From Parvularia atlantis (lineage: Eukaryota), in assembly GCA_943704415.1 (NCBI GenBank), contig CALSCO010000481.1, positions 1 through 45,323 on the forward strand: a DNA stretch of 45,323 nt, in the 5' to 3' direction. The notes beneath the pieces are model-generated. The model saw only the letters and a list, made by a program, of their open reading frames with translations. It ran no database searches and was not told the DNA's origin. The position numbers and the translations under genes were made by a program. This document shows positions 43,369 through 45,323 of the stretch, piece after piece (the stretch's first letter is position 1; each line of letters starts with the position of its first letter).

Positions 43369-45323
43369 ATGGCGAGCGACGACGAGCCAGCCGCGCTGTT
43401 GCCGAGGCTCCAGCAGCTGACGTTCAACGATCCTGAGGCCGTTCAAGCGTTAGCCGCCCTCCAAGGTACGTGATTTTGCTGCTCCCCGGATATTGGCCTT
43501 CGCTGACGAGCGCCATCGCAGCTGCGTTCGCCGAGCAAGAGCGCAAGAACGCTGCCGCCCTCCAAGCAGGCACGTGCTTAGGCCTACCCACGTAGGCCTA
43601 CGTGGCCAATACTGATTAGCGCTGCGCCGCAGCCGTGCTCGCTGAGCAGGTGCGCAAGGACGCTGAGGTCCGCGCAAGCATCAAGTCGGTCGTCACACAC
43701 GGCCTGCCGCCGATGCCGAACGTGGGCGACGGCTCAGGCGCATCCGGGCCGAGTAAACCGACAGACGCCCAGCACAAGCCCGTCGCTTTTCTCGAGACCA
43801 ACATCGACGTGCGTCTGCAGCGCATCCGCGACCATCTCGCCGCCGGCACGACGAGCAAAATCTGGGCCGACGTGGCGTCGCACGGCTGGGTAACGTTCTC
43901 TACCGAGCTGAACGTTACTAGTCATGTCAGGGAAGTCCTACTGGGCATTCGCGCCGCCCTTCAGCCACTGCTGGGCCCAAGCACCGAGATCGACTTTGTG
44001 TCTGACCGCACCGTCTTTGGTCTCGCCGCAGACATCTGGGTCATACGTGTGATCGGCACACCAATCGGCGCCATCGAAGTCAAGAAGCCGAGCGCCCAAA
44101 GGGACGTGCGCGAGGCGATGGCCCATCCGAACATCCTGGGCGAGCTGTACGACTACATGGTGCTGCTCCGGACCGTCAGCGGTCCCGATCATGTCTTCGG
44201 TATCGTCACGACCTACAACCAGTGGCGGATCGCGTGGCTCGACGACACAACTGCGGCCGCAGCGGCGAACGACCTGGACGCGTTGCGGACAGCAAATGAG
44301 GCGAGGGCTGGCGTGAACCCGCGCGTTCTCAAGAATGCACTGCGCACGCCCGTGTACGGTCGACGTGGTGAGCCGAGTGCACTCAAGCAACGTCAGCGGG
44401 GCGACGAGTCGCAGTCGGGCGAGGAGGAGGAGGAGCCAGCGGCCGAGGAGGAGATGCCAGCGGCCGAGGAAGAGCAGCCGGGCGAGGAGGCGCAGCGGGG
44501 CGAGGAGGCGCAGGCTGACAAGGGCGTCAACGCTGGTCATCGTGCAACACTGCACGTCAGCCGTGTCTACAAGCGCGGTGCCGAGAAGGAAGACCGCGAG
44601 CTGATCGAGGCGCTCGCGTCGGTGGTGCTCAAGATGGCCCTGTCACCCCGGGCCGCAACTCGGCTCACATCGCTCATCGACCACGGGCGACCGTACATCG
44701 TGCTCAACATTGAGACGGGCGTGTGGAAGTGGCGCACCTTGCCGAAGAAGTTCAAGCTCACCGTGAACGCGATGCCGACAGCCAAAGCGTGAGTTTTTCC
44801 TGCTCGGTCATCTCGGCATCGGCGGCACCGGCACTGTCTTTCTAGCCGCGAGCAGCACTGGTCGGGCTTCGAGAGCACACGCTCGCTGCCGGTGGCATCT
44901 GACGGATCACTTGGACTTGGCAAGAGGGCGCTCGCTGCTCTACTTCTACCGTACGTACGCACATGCGACGGGCCGCCGAACGACACAAGTGACGACGGCA
45001 AAGCTGTGCGTGCGGCCGCGGTCGACGCGGCGCGGCATATGGCGAACTGCGGGTTCCTTCACCGAGATATGGCGTGGCGGCACGTCGGCGTTTACTGCGA
45101 CGCAACGAGCGGCAGCCTGCGTGCGGTCTTCATCGACCTGGGCATGGTCGAGCGCGTGGCCGACACGTTGCAAGCGCGCGAAACGGCCTTCCGTGCGATG
45201 CTCGCCGGACGTGATAATGCATGTGACGGCCAAAGTGCACCTGTCGACACGCGTCCGGCTGCGTGTGCTGAGTTGTCGCGCGGGCAGAACTTTGGCAACT
45301 GGATCAAGGGCCCGAACCTGACC
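43369..45323 (+). CDS. Crinkler/CR-like protein: coiled-coil N-terminus + PD-(D/E)xK nuclease-like domain + kinase-like domain (kinase N-lobe disrupted; runs off window)
   Basis: Exons 43369-43465, 43522-43569 and 43633 onward. REase-like E...ADIWV...IGAIEVKKP..GELYDYM..FGIVTTYNQWRIAW. Downstream LGIGGTGTVFLA, LLLPY, FLHRDMAWRHVG and VFIDLG lie in shifted frames. Confidence 0.65.
43588..43605. repeat. Perfect 18-bp palindrome inside an intron
   Basis: CCACGTAGGCCTACGTGG equals its own reverse complement. A second TAGGCCTA lies at 43579-43586. Confidence 0.9.
44420..44515 (+). repeat. Coding acidic tandem repeat (EEEEEPAAEEEMPAAEEEQPGEEAQRGEEAQ)
   Basis: Imperfect 21- and 18-nt units CCAGCGGCCGAGGA.. 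and GGGCGAGGAGGCGCAG. Confidence 0.7.

Noticed and set aside
1..45323. Hundreds of long Arg/Ala/Pro-rich ORFs in the six-frame track (e.g. 113-1144 +, 9962-11290 -, 25846-27375 +, 34805-36373 -, 37142-38548 +)
   Set aside because: They are antisense or off-frame shadows of spliced genes in very GC-rich DNA with few stop codons, and carry no independent motifs.
1..45323. CRISPR array, prokaryotic operon/defence island, rRNA, tRNA, spliceosomal snRNA
   Set aside because: No regularly spaced repeats or recognisable RNA signatures were seen by eye, and the sequence is clearly spliceosomal-intron eukaryotic DNA. A covariance search was not run.

Overview
A very GC-rich, ultra-compact, intron-dense eukaryotic genomic segment. 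It is probably from a unicellular Amorphea/opisthokont-like protist, but that is inference only. Introns are mostly ~45-70 nt with GTGCG donors, CTGAC/CTAAC-like branch sites and YAG acceptors, so most ORFs in the six-frame track are GC shadows or intron read-throughs. Manual splicing gives 17 apparently intact genes, one J-domain pseudogene and one nuclease+kinase gene of uncertain integrity. In order they are: VPS13 (partial), SGT1, a Pga1-like membrane protein, AdoMet decarboxylase, a Sororin-like protein, ARL1, RAD51B, Furry/Tao3, CPSF3, mid-SUN SLP1/SUCO, PXK, NAA15, DHX37, a decayed J-domain gene, FKBP12, an MBOAT acyltransferase, a tiny HEIP1/REDIC1-like gene, a Kelch protein and a Crinkler-like PD-(D/E)xK nuclease + kinase gene running off the end. 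The genes alternate strand almost perfectly, with only ~55-70 bp between several divergent ATGs. Highlights are two uORFs (one ending Pro-Pro-stop) in the AdoMetDC leader; Sororin and HEIP1/REDIC1 homologues that appear only after splicing; at least 13 GC-AG introns; several deletion-eroded gene relics; and a kinase Gly-loop that is either frameshifted or converted into an intron. All family calls are from motif recognition by eye; no database searches were run.
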